DNA of 64,000 nucleotides from the IMG/VR virus record IMGVR_UViG_3300046318_000491, positions 89,712-153,711 of that record; one strand, 5' to 3'. The position numbers and the translations under genes are program-made. The DNA is from a virus. How positions within the stretch are numbered: the first letter of the stretch is position 1; each line of letters begins with the position of its first letter. Positions 12,001-19,994 of this stretch are shown in pieces. The notes under the pieces were generated by a model. The model ran no database searches and was not told where the DNA came from. It saw only the letters and a list, made by a program, of their open reading frames with translations.

Positions 12001-12648
12001 GCGATATGCTAAATCTGCTTGTCTATACGCAAGCTCTGCTTCTCGTCTAGCTCTATTATCTGGAGGAAGGTTCTGAACACGAGCAAGATTCTCTCTAGCT
12101 TTTTCTAGGGCTAGAGCAGCATCCTCCTCTTTAAGGGCAGCTTCTTCGGCATCAAATGCTAGTTGCTGCATTTCTTCACGAAGGTCTTTTACAGTTTTAG
12201 TCGTGCTAGTATTTGCCTTACCGGCAGCAGCTACCGCCTGCGATACACCACTAAATGCTGCCTTACCAACTAAGGTAGCGACCTTAATCTGAGCCATAGC
12301 GTTAGCTAGGATAATACCCGTGGAAGCAGCGCCGCCAGCTGCGCCTACGAAGGCACCTAAGCCGCCGACTAAAGAGCTTAGGGACTGAGCCAAAGCCATA
12401 ACCCCGGACTGTACGTAGTAGCTACTACGGATCATCTTGTGGAATGACTTAGAGACATCCTGGGATGTCCTAGCAAACTCGCTGCGAGCAGACTTACCAA
12501 AGCTATCGGTAAACTCTTGCGCTATATCTTTTCCAGCACGCTTTGTTGACGAGCGTGTACGGGAGTTATTGAGACCATCCTCAATATCTTTGGCAACACC
12601 AGAGGTTATCGCTTTAACGATAATCTCGGCTGATCCTACTACTGCCAT
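9004..12648 (-). CDS. Tape measure protein
   Basis: 1214 aa, Ala/Gly-rich and helical with hydrophobic segments. C-terminal FADGG...GPGGPRSD.IPAMLSNGEYVVNA motif. Confidence 0.9.
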   Translation of the reverse strand: MAVVGSAEIIVKAITSGVAKDIEDGLNNSRTRSSTKRAGKDIAQEFTDSFGKSARSEFARTSQDVSKSFHKMIRSSYYVQSGVMALAQSLSSLVGGLGAFVGAAGGAASTGIILANAMAQIKVATLVGKAAFSGVSQAVAAAGKANTSTTKTVKDLREEMQQLAFDAEEAALKEEDAALALEKARENLARVQNLPPDNRARREAELAYRQADLAYRRALDRSKDLEDEKKNPKKKGKTGTDPYAGLTKSQKEFAQYLVSIQKQLKGLNEAAAGSFLPVLQTQIQKMFSSGAFTMLIQGYKQVGQALGEASSRLGNSLFNPTSLAGIRDIFIGTSKTVMALGTIFGNLIKSFLTLYRATSPVFNMFRDFLSTSTTNMAKNLAGNFANISAYFKKAAQTAAMFGSIIGNVFAGLKAMIKANTGPGTGGYMLVEQLKASSKWMRELGTAAGEFSSKAYFKATAENTLAITNAFAGFFSVLKDLGTSPDVKLFWDTLSQGQDSLRQIIMAAAGTGPILAEILVSVAEIAASFTDSGQIKTYLEIISGVFKAMAGFLKSIQPLMQVLGPIIGGMGALITLGLLFKKVYMIGFGTVMAAMKVMSAIQAVLVAKKYGESIANGVVIASNTGLGASYIGLGGTMAGVTAIASAMWTAITGPIGLAILAIVAVGAAIAAAIGITAAINADRVKKSVTALSGSFRDAAKHTLSAADASSQWANALLTVTDAEKASIQDMSQVNGLYATLAKERAETAAEMAAHNGEWVSAQQIVQEEAAATAVTAATAAFKSYGDTLAKIAKKSLPEIQRNYRNLVVTQGMSKEATLGMLDASEDMTKSLEAQAKALGDTIYNADGTVNAQKRLDYALGEGSYLLAKARAERAKFNQTMRDAVQTFIDVKGPLEQSAEDLKKYSDVVVTASGDAGFSLNKYKDDLLKQQRDLAAWSKNIALLSKKMSQGALNELVAMGKGGSALVASLVTGTGNSLKVNEKALKTYQDQVVKAAEAQKKATAVAAAVTDPRALSNLISRKFQGQGTLYNYYSGSITAGVKSISEIAEEAGITIDQLIAEQSKLGTKDVAAEVNIKGVWDKSSIANLKSDFEKAMGATTYVITTKKADGGLIGRVRQFADGGIARFADGSGGPVSGPGGPRSDMIPAMLSNGEYVVNAASTAKNLELLRAINAGQSVSGPGINISVNAAPGMSEYEIATLVANRLQFEMRKGASV

Positions 12649-12690
12649 ACACGCTCACCTCCTCGGTAGCTAGTTTTAATATTTATTTAG

Positions 12691-13107
12691 TTATCCAATA
12701 GGAGCATCTAGTAGACCGCCAAATGGATTGGAAGACTCTGGATTGAAGTCAGTAGCTGGAACAAAAGGCTTTATTTCTTGACCGTCATAGTCGTATTCCA
12801 TTCCGTCGGAATCTGAAGATGACTCTTTTGTCTTTGGTGCAGCGTAGTGGTATTTAGTTTTATATAGACTTTCGAAGACATGTATCCTTCGAGCGTCCGT
12901 CATTTGAGCTTGTTCCACGGTTGAGTAGTTAAAATCTTCCTCGTAGAAATAATGAATGACATCTAGCATGTCAGAGATATCCATCTCCGAAAGTTTTAAA
13001 CCATTCACTATTGCTTTTCCGTTAATATAAGGCCAGAGGTCTACTGCCCAGTTGAGGAGCCCTCTGGCTGCGCTTCCGGGCGGTTGCTGTACGATTCCAA
13101 AAGCCAA
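12691..13107 (-). CDS. Tail assembly chaperone, second (downstream) ORF
   Basis: Overlaps the first chaperone ORF in the -1 frame, immediately before the tape measure gene. True start uncertain. Confidence 0.6.
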   Translation of the reverse strand: MAFGIVQQPPGSAARGLLNWAVDLWPYINGKAIVNGLKLSEMDISDMLDVIHYFYEEDFNYSTVEQAQMTDARRIHVFESLYKTKYHYAAPKTKESSSDSDGMEYDYDGQEIKPFVPATDFNPESSNPFGGLLDAPIG

Positions 13108-13391
13108 GCAACAATTTCGCTTAGGGTCTCTACAGAAACAACTCGGTCTTTATCCTCTAGAAGAGCGTCAAAACGAGCAAAGCTCTCGTCTTTCAGAACC
13201 TTCTTGAAAAATGTACCAATGGTACGGGCTGATGCAGCAGGGTCATCTGACGAGGCATCTTCAACGATAGAAAGCATAACCTTACCCTGCATACGCGGGA
13301 CGCAGTGGAACTCTTCTTCGTATAGTTTAAATGAAAGCGGCTGAGCTTCTTCTGCAGTAGCTCCAGTACCAAAATCCTTGAATCTAGTCAT
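13041..13391 (-). CDS. Tail assembly chaperone
   Basis: 116 aa acidic protein upstream of the tape measure gene, ending in ..WL.E.Y..RP. Confidence 0.7.
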   Translation of the reverse strand: MTRFKDFGTGATAEEAQPLSFKLYEEEFHCVPRMQGKVMLSIVEDASSDDPAASARTIGTFFKKVLKDESFARFDALLEDKDRVVSVETLSEIVAWLLESYSNRPEAQPEGSSTGQ

Positions 13392-13489
13392 CTTGTTATC
13401 TTTCTCGCCATAGCGTATAGTGTCGTTTGGTGCAATGCACCTACGTCTATTTTACTACAGTGTTATATTGCTTAGTTTGCGAGAAAAAG

Positions 13490-13900
13490 CTACTTCCACC
13501 TGAAATGGCGTAACTCTCTAGTGAGGTAAGGGTTAGATTTTGTGCCCGGATGACGGACTGGACCAGGGGTACGGATTACACGCCCCCTAGAGCCGAAGAC
13601 TAAGACACCGCCTGCTTCTTTTGGCAGAATTAAATGAGCTCTAGTTCCTTGATGGTGGTCCAAGGCATATGGCACTGTCCAGGAGCCGATTTGCATAAAC
13701 TGGCCGGTAGAATTTCCTTGATGTCTTTTATGGATAGATTTTTGCAATCGTCCAGTCTGATAGCCGACATTAGATTTAGCACCTAGTACAGCTTTTTCTC
13801 CAGCTATCTCTAGCTCTCTCCATAGTCCGCCGGAGCTAGTATTTAGCTCCCTATGCAACGCTAGTCTGTCTAGCTGCAGATTGACAAATTGAAAGTCCAT
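13490..13900 (-). CDS. Neck / tail-completion protein (HK97 gp10-like)
   Basis: TGRLQKSI...YALDHHQGTRAH...VRHPGTKSNPYL motifs. Confidence 0.7.
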   Translation of the reverse strand: MDFQFVNLQLDRLALHRELNTSSGGLWRELEIAGEKAVLGAKSNVGYQTGRLQKSIHKRHQGNSTGQFMQIGSWTVPYALDHHQGTRAHLILPKEAGGVLVFGSRGRVIRTPGPVRHPGTKSNPYLTRELRHFRWK

Positions 13901-14406
13901 TATGGAATAGCCATTGTTACGGTCATAGTAGTGGTCTGGAACCCGCCTTCCGGAGCAGAAGCATCAAGGGTGGCAATAACGCCGATACCGTAACCGGTTT
14001 CGTCCCACTGGTCGAGTAGGTTAATTGATTCCATGAGAACCCAAGCATCGTAGGCAAGAGTTTCAGAGGAAACCTGAATCTTTTCTGGTGATGGTGGACG
14101 ACCATTTTGACCCACAATCGGGGTCTCGCGGGCGATTTGAATATTTAGAGTTGCGCTACGAGGAACGTGACACCGCTGAGGCTCCCCGACCTGGGCACCG
14201 GGAGTACCTAGATACATTTGAACAAACGAAACGACTAGCTGCTCGCAGTCAATTGCTGGTTGCCCCATGGTCCAGTATTTGCGCCTAGGTAGGTTGACGT
14301 TATATGACTGAAAAATAGTTTCAACGCGTTCCAATACGCCCTGCATCATGTCACGGAGGTTTGTTGCATCCTCCGACACTCCAGTGAAGTCAATTTGAGT
14401 AGCCAA
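13900..14406 (-). CDS. Virion head-tail junction / tail terminator-like protein
   Basis: Position between the adaptor and neck genes; translationally coupled. Confidence 0.55.
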   Translation of the reverse strand: MATQIDFTGVSEDATNLRDMMQGVLERVETIFQSYNVNLPRRKYWTMGQPAIDCEQLVVSFVQMYLGTPGAQVGEPQRCHVPRSATLNIQIARETPIVGQNGRPPSPEKIQVSSETLAYDAWVLMESINLLDQWDETGYGIGVIATLDASAPEGGFQTTTMTVTMAIP

Positions 14407-14418
14407 TTTCTCTCCTTA

Positions 14419-15531
14419 TTAGCTGTACATTTGAGTTTTGAGGTTGCCGGTAGCAAGCTCGACTAGATTTTCTACACCGTCAATAGTCTTTGTAGCGTAT
14501 AAAGTCCATGTTCCAGGGTCTACCATGCCGATAGCCGCTAGTGCCTTATCGTAAGAGACGTCAAAAGATACCGACTCTGCGCCAGAATTTAAGGTAATAC
14601 TGTCAGCATCTAAATTCACTGACTTAGCACCGCTATACCCGCGGAGAGTGACCTGGGGTGTCCAGCCGGAGCTAGGGAAAAAATTACTGAAGTCTAGGCT
14701 ATCAATACCAGTCGAAGACCACGCTGCAGCATCCCCCTTGACAAGAATTAGGTCAAAATCTGCATTGGCAGTGAGCACGGCAGTTTTAGGGGTGTAGCGG
14801 CGTGCACGTGGTTGATCAGGAGAAAATACCTTCGACTTACGACGTGCATTATCGGGGTTGGTGACTTTTAGAAATAAATCAATTTCATAAAGCCCGGTGC
14901 GCAACTCGTCGATAAATTCCTGATTATCAAGAATGGTATAGGAGACACCTTGACGAGTTACAGAAGTAACGCGCTGAGGGAGCTCGCAGTCAGAATCGCC
15001 AGACCATAAACGAGCAAACTCTAGGGCAAGCTTACGTGCAGCCATACGACCGGCAACTGGAACAGGGGTTCCATATGAATACGTAATTTCTGTATTACAA
15101 GGAGTCCACGGAGTGCCAGCCTGGATGTGGATCGTTGAGTGGTCAACTAGGTAATAGCTAGAAGGGTCAAGAACTTTACCAGTGCGGTTTCTAATAGAGT
15201 GAATTTTAGTTACAGGGCGGCCGCGCAAACGAATACGGGAATCTGGAGACATACCGTCAGCAGTAAGCTCCGAGTACTCGTCGTAGTCACCAGAGGGGAT
15301 ATTGTAAACATCTCCACCAAATAGGATTGGAGAGTTGGTCTTAATAGAAGGCCCCATGCGGTTATTACGCAGGGTACATGTGTAGCGCTCGGTTACAGTG
15401 GTTTCGCCAGTAAATTTACGGCCCGACATGGCCCAGAGTAGGTACGATGCTACACGGCAGGCTTCTTCAGTAAATTCCGTGTATGCGTAGTCACCCAGCT
15501 CTTCAGGCTGTACCCAAAAGTTGTTAGACAT
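14419..15531 (-). CDS. Head-to-tail adaptor
   Basis: A...LW..SGR.F, ITYSYG..VP..G, C.LP.RVTSVTRQGVS and TGL.EID.F motifs of actinophage adaptors. Confidence 0.75.
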   Translation of the reverse strand: MSNNFWVQPEELGDYAYTEFTEEACRVASYLLWAMSGRKFTGETTVTERYTCTLRNNRMGPSIKTNSPILFGGDVYNIPSGDYDEYSELTADGMSPDSRIRLRGRPVTKIHSIRNRTGKVLDPSSYYLVDHSTIHIQAGTPWTPCNTEITYSYGTPVPVAGRMAARKLALEFARLWSGDSDCELPQRVTSVTRQGVSYTILDNQEFIDELRTGLYEIDLFLKVTNPDNARRKSKVFSPDQPRARRYTPKTAVLTANADFDLILVKGDAAAWSSTGIDSLDFSNFFPSSGWTPQVTLRGYSGAKSVNLDADSITLNSGAESVSFDVSYDKALAAIGMVDPGTWTLYATKTIDGVENLVELATGNLKTQMYS

Positions 15532-15550
15532 ATATACCTCTCTATAAGTT

Positions 15551-15596
15551 TAAACGGGTGGCAAACCAGTGATTAGACCAGTTCGCCACCCGTTTC
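15551..15596 (-). terminator. Hairpin / probable intrinsic terminator after the major tail gene
   Basis: Inverted repeat AACGGGTGGC...GCCACCCGTT. Confidence 0.55.
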
Positions 15597-15606
15597 TTTA
15601 GCTTAT

Positions 15607-16734
15607 TTAAGCTGGGTCTTCGTTAGAAGATAGGATGTTGTCGATGGCTGCATCAGCATTGTATGTGATGCTTCCAGGAACGTTAGGTACACCGTCACCC
15701 TGACCAAGATCAGCTGAGCTTACCTGAGTATAGGTAGGGACCTGAGTTACTGACTTAGTAGTAGTTACACGAGCGCCAGCAGGAATTGCTGGAGTGGTGG
15801 TTGCAGTGATCTCGGTAAAGGCAGCTGCCTCTGTGTCGAATGCAACAGTGTATGGAGATGAGCTAGATACAGTCAAACCGCCAGAGATCTTGCCATTTAG
15901 ACCAGCAGAGATGTTCTGTAGGAAGATCTCGTCGCCAGCTGCAATCTTAGGGTCACCAGAGAAGGTCAGTGTAGCTGTGCCATCAACGATCTTAGCCTTT
16001 GTAAGAGTAACTGAGCTAGGGTCCTTAGCAGTAACTGACGTGAAGTAGACGTTCTCGTTGTTGGTGTTATCTGACCACTGGTAGAAGCCATTTAGAGCAG
16101 TTGGTGCCCATGAAGCGCGTGCATATGAGTATGGACGCTCCGCGGCAATGGGGAATTCCCAACGACCATCAGGACCTGACTGGAAGTTAACGTTTCCAAG
16201 ACCGAAGCCTTCGAAGGTGTTAGCCATTAGACCGTTTTCAATAACGCGGTCGCCTGACTGACGCATCTTGGCGTATGGGAATACCCAGTGGAAGTAAGGA
16301 AGAACGCCTGAACGCTTTCCGTCCTTTACTGCGTGTGACCAAGCCTCGATTGCAACACCGTTACCTGCAGGGTCATCGCCTACACCAGGTGCAGCCCAAC
16401 CAACAGACTTAACGTCGCCCTGACCAATATCCTTGCGAAGCAATAGACCACCAGATAGAAGAGCAGTCAGCTCTGGATCTGGCTCACAAATTGCAAGTTC
16501 CATGGTGATGCGCTTTAGAGTGTCCGGAGCTTTGTATGTTACACATACAACGCCGTTTGCACCCTTTTCAGTGATTTCATCGCCCTCTTCGTATTCTGGA
16601 GTGAACGAGATTCTCATAAATGCTGAGGTGGTGTAGCTGTCGCCAGGACCGCTCAGCAAGGTACCAGTAGAATCCAGACGGGTGACACGGATTGACACAC
16701 CCTGGATGCTAGCTGCATATTCTTGAGTAGCCAT
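15607..16734 (-). CDS. Major tail protein
   Basis: IRVTRLD..G, EYEEGDEI..K.ANG..C, C.PDPEL and Y.HWVFP motifs. C-terminal extension. RBS AGGAG. Confidence 0.85.
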   Translation of the reverse strand: MATQEYAASIQGVSIRVTRLDSTGTLLSGPGDSYTTSAFMRISFTPEYEEGDEITEKGANGVVCVTYKAPDTLKRITMELAICEPDPELTALLSGGLLLRKDIGQGDVKSVGWAAPGVGDDPAGNGVAIEAWSHAVKDGKRSGVLPYFHWVFPYAKMRQSGDRVIENGLMANTFEGFGLGNVNFQSGPDGRWEFPIAAERPYSYARASWAPTALNGFYQWSDNTNNENVYFTSVTAKDPSSVTLTKAKIVDGTATLTFSGDPKIAAGDEIFLQNISAGLNGKISGGLTVSSSSPYTVAFDTEAAAFTEITATTTPAIPAGARVTTTKSVTQVPTYTQVSSADLGQGDGVPNVPGSITYNADAAIDNILSSNEDPA

Positions 16735-16753
16735 AAAGCTATTCTCCTTGTTG

Positions 16754-17629
16754 TTACGCTGTTAGATCGACTCGAACAGCTAGGTGGATTGATGTATCAA
16801 AGTAAGCCGCAGCTGGGCGGATTGCCTTGAGACGCATGTCATTCGCATTACCCGACACATCGTAAGCCTGGCTTAGATTGTCGTTCACGACATCGACATC
16901 GCCAACATAAGTCTTGACGGTGCCGGTGGCGTAAATCCATTTGTTGGTGGCTGACGCTGCCGCGTTAGTGTCACCATCTGGTCCAGTTCCTGTGTAACCC
17001 GAACCAACGATAACTGGGGTGCCGCCTAGGGTTTGTAGGTGCTCCTTGCCAGCTTCGTGAAAAAGCATGTTTGAGTTGCTAGCAAGAAGTGCTGCAACAT
17101 CGCGAGTCATGTGGATGATGCCCTGTTCGCCACCATCTGAAGCCAAACCGATCGAGTGCTCTAGAAGAGCAAGTGCACGGCGTGGAGAAAGAGCAGCTCC
17201 GCTATTAAGAATCGTTGCTGAAGCAGAAGAAAGAGCAACGTTTGCGTGGCTTTCTCCCTTACGAACTGCACCATCCCAAAGCTCAACTTCCATGGCGTGC
17301 TGAGTAACGCCGTCAAGCTGTCGCTTTAAACGCTCAATGCGGTCGATGCCGTTGAAACCTAGAGTAGAGCGAAGCTCTTCTGCCTCGATGAACCAAGGCT
17401 TGATTTCGGTGTAGTAAGTCGGTACGCCAGCAGCTACTACTTCACCATCTGTAGAGTCAGTGTCATCCCAGTTGGTTGCCGAGTAAAGTGTTGTTTCCCA
17501 CTCCTGTGAGAAGCCACGGACCCACTGGTCCTCTGATGGACCGTTCTCAGGCTTGATTACGGCAAGTAGGCCGAATGCAGAAGGCACAATCTTGGGTGCT
17601 GATACAACACCGGTCTTTGTGAAAGCCAT
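16754..17629 (-). CDS. Second capsid protein (pentamer-type, cluster B mycobacteriophage-like)
   Basis: Follows the major capsid gene. L.T.GGTPV.VGSGY and WIYATG.V motifs resemble the second capsid protein of cluster B-like phages. Confidence 0.6.
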   Translation of the reverse strand: MAFTKTGVVSAPKIVPSAFGLLAVIKPENGPSEDQWVRGFSQEWETTLYSATNWDDTDSTDGEVVAAGVPTYYTEIKPWFIEAEELRSTLGFNGIDRIERLKRQLDGVTQHAMEVELWDGAVRKGESHANVALSSASATILNSGAALSPRRALALLEHSIGLASDGGEQGIIHMTRDVAALLASNSNMLFHEAGKEHLQTLGGTPVIVGSGYTGTGPDGDTNAAASATNKWIYATGTVKTYVGDVDVVNDNLSQAYDVSGNANDMRLKAIRPAAAYFDTSIHLAVRVDLTA

Positions 17630-17672
17630 TTGTAGGTTCCTTAAGTAAATAAAGTCTTATATGTTTCGTATT

Positions 17673-17698
17673 GGGGGAGCCGGTTACCCGACTCCCCC
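17673..17698 (-). terminator. Hairpin after the major capsid gene
   Basis: GGGGAGCCGG...CCGACTCCCC inverted repeat. Confidence 0.5.
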
Positions 17699-17735
17699 GC
17701 AACGAGGTTGCTACTATTTAGTGGCTGTTGAGTGT

Positions 17736-19874
17736 TTAGTACTCTACAGCAGCGGCAGTAGCGCCACCAGTTGTGTCGCGAAGAGCTGCAGCAACACCGT
17801 TGATTGAGATTGAAGATGTGATCTTCAGTGACTCGATACCAACCTTTGCTAGGCCTTCGAAGGTTTCCACGAACATCTTGTAGTCGTTGGTGCCAACTAG
17901 AGATGAGTCGCGGATGATACCTAGGTCTAGAGTTCCGCCGTCTAGGAACAAGAATGTTCCCTCTGCGAATAGGTACCATGAGAATGAGTCCGGGAACTCA
18001 AGTAGTGCTGCTGCACCCTGTGCGCCAAAGTAGTTCTGGTCAGGTGAAGCCACTAGAGATACGTTGCTGTTCGATAGGTAGCCCTCGATCTCTGCCTTTG
18101 ACAGAGCGATGGTGCCATCGCCTGGCATTGATAGAGTAAGGTCAGCTGCCATAGCGTCGATAACCCAGTCAGGCACGATGGCCTTTAGCTGAGTACCAGC
18201 GTCGATACGGTGACGTGAACGGTAAGCAACTGCTGCACGGCGGATCTGGACTAGGAAGTCACGACCGAAACCGATTAGTGAAGAAGTAGTAACAGCGGTT
18301 GAAGCGTTACCAATCTTAGTTAGCAAGTTAACTTCTGCCTGACGAGCGTGCTCAACGAGCGCAAGCTCATTGTGGCGAGCGATTAGCTCTGGGTACGCAC
18401 GGGTCATCAAGTTACCGAACTGTAGCTGTAGGGTTACAGCGTCAGTGGTTGCAGTCAGTTCAGCAGCAGAAGAAACAGTCAAGCTGTTCTTTGTGTCACC
18501 GTCTGGCTCTGCGTCCACTGCAGCAGTCCATACACCAACAGCGTTAGCGTAGTCACCTGAAGCGAATGATGGAGGAGTTACGAAGCGGATACCGCCACGG
18601 TCTGCCTGGAACTTAGGAAGTGAGTCGCGAACTGGACGGACAGTGGTTGAACCAAGACCGAAAATGTCGTACTTAACTTCGAAAGGAGCACCGTGACCAC
18701 CAGAAGCAACAAGAGCTGAGTCAGCAGCAAAAGCTGAGATCTTAGCTGAGTTAGCCTCTGCATCGGTAGTTAGGGTGCGTGCCTCGTCAAACTGAGTGGT
18801 GATAGATGCAACGATGTGCTGCTCTCCGTCGCCACCGTTTACACGACGCAATGAGTGGATACGCTTTTCCATAGCCTGAGCTACTTCGGTCATATCGTTG
18901 ATAGTGCTGCCTGCGGTGTAGCCAGGGATGTCAGCGCCAGCGGTGATTGCCACTACTGACTCTGCGATCTGAACTACAGGCTGACGGTCAGCTGGAGCCT
19001 CGAAGGTTCCCTCTGCTGATGCGGTCACAGTTGCCTGCTCTTCCTGCTGAATCTCTTCAGCGATAGGTGATGTTTCTAGAATGGTTTCTTCGGCTGAAGC
19101 CTCCGAGCCTTCGACTGCCTCAACAACAGCGGTTTCTTCCGCTACTGCTGCTTCAGTCTCAACGATTGCTTCTTCAACTGCTGCGTCAGCTACTACTGCT
19201 TCTTCGACTACAGGGGCCTCAGCTTCAACAGCTGCTTCCTCTACGGTCTCTTCAGTAGCAACCTCTTCAACAGACGCATCTGCAACGATGGTCTCTTCGG
19301 TTACTTCTACCGACTCTACGGTTGATAGTTCAGAATCTGATTCCTGATCAATTGATGCTTCGACAACAGCTTCCTCGGCAATAGCTTCAACAGCTACTTC
19401 CTCGGCTACTGGTGTCTCCTCTGAAGAAAGTTCAGCAGAAGCCTTCATAGACTTCTTTGCTTCTTCTTCTTCGTCGGTCTCTTTGGCTTCTTCAGTAGGA
19501 GCTTCCTCAGTTTCCACTGGGGCTTCTTCTACTGGAGCTTCCTCCGCTGGCATGTCCTCTACGGGCATGTCTTCGTTAGTTGGCTCATCCATAGCCATTT
19601 CCTCTCCAGACGCCTCGGCAATACCCTTAACACGGGCAGTAGCCTCAGCCGCGCGGGCTGCTAGCTCTTCGGCAAGTGCCTCTCGACGAGCCAGCTCACC
19701 CTTCACGATGTCAAGAGAGTCGGCAAGCGACGTCATAGCATCAACTGTTTCAGGAGTCGGGTCTTCACCCTCAACCATTTCGAACTGGCTGACAATATCT
19801 GCCTGTAGCTCCGCGACTTGTTCGTCGCCAAGCTCAGCGATAGTATCTAGCTGAGTCTTAATCTGGTCGTACAC
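17736..19874 (-). CDS. Major capsid protein with long acidic N-terminal scaffold region
   Basis: Start revised to GTG at 19874 (RBS AGGAGG). Glu/Ala-rich N-terminal half; capsid domain begins near LVASGG; FLFLDGGTLDLGIIRDS..V.TNDY..F.E.FEG motif. Confidence 0.85.
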   Translation of the reverse strand: MYDQIKTQLDTIAELGDEQVAELQADIVSQFEMVEGEDPTPETVDAMTSLADSLDIVKGELARREALAEELAARAAEATARVKGIAEASGEEMAMDEPTNEDMPVEDMPAEEAPVEEAPVETEEAPTEEAKETDEEEEAKKSMKASAELSSEETPVAEEVAVEAIAEEAVVEASIDQESDSELSTVESVEVTEETIVADASVEEVATEETVEEAAVEAEAPVVEEAVVADAAVEEAIVETEAAVAEETAVVEAVEGSEASAEETILETSPIAEEIQQEEQATVTASAEGTFEAPADRQPVVQIAESVVAITAGADIPGYTAGSTINDMTEVAQAMEKRIHSLRRVNGGDGEQHIVASITTQFDEARTLTTDAEANSAKISAFAADSALVASGGHGAPFEVKYDIFGLGSTTVRPVRDSLPKFQADRGGIRFVTPPSFASGDYANAVGVWTAAVDAEPDGDTKNSLTVSSAAELTATTDAVTLQLQFGNLMTRAYPELIARHNELALVEHARQAEVNLLTKIGNASTAVTTSSLIGFGRDFLVQIRRAAVAYRSRHRIDAGTQLKAIVPDWVIDAMAADLTLSMPGDGTIALSKAEIEGYLSNSNVSLVASPDQNYFGAQGAAALLEFPDSFSWYLFAEGTFLFLDGGTLDLGIIRDSSLVGTNDYKMFVETFEGLAKVGIESLKITSSISINGVAAALRDTTGGATAAAVEY

Positions 19875-19994
19875 TGTACCTCCTAGGCCAGTTATTTTGA
19901 CATGCACGGTTGTGCATATCGGTGAACAGTCAAGGCGAGGGACTCTGCGCAGGTACGCGAGGCGCTCCACCTATCACTAATTTTACCTTACTTT

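Noticed and set aside
19875-19970. Track N-terminal extension of the major capsid protein
   Set aside because: A strong AGGAGG precedes the GTG at 19874; the upstream part is more likely leader.
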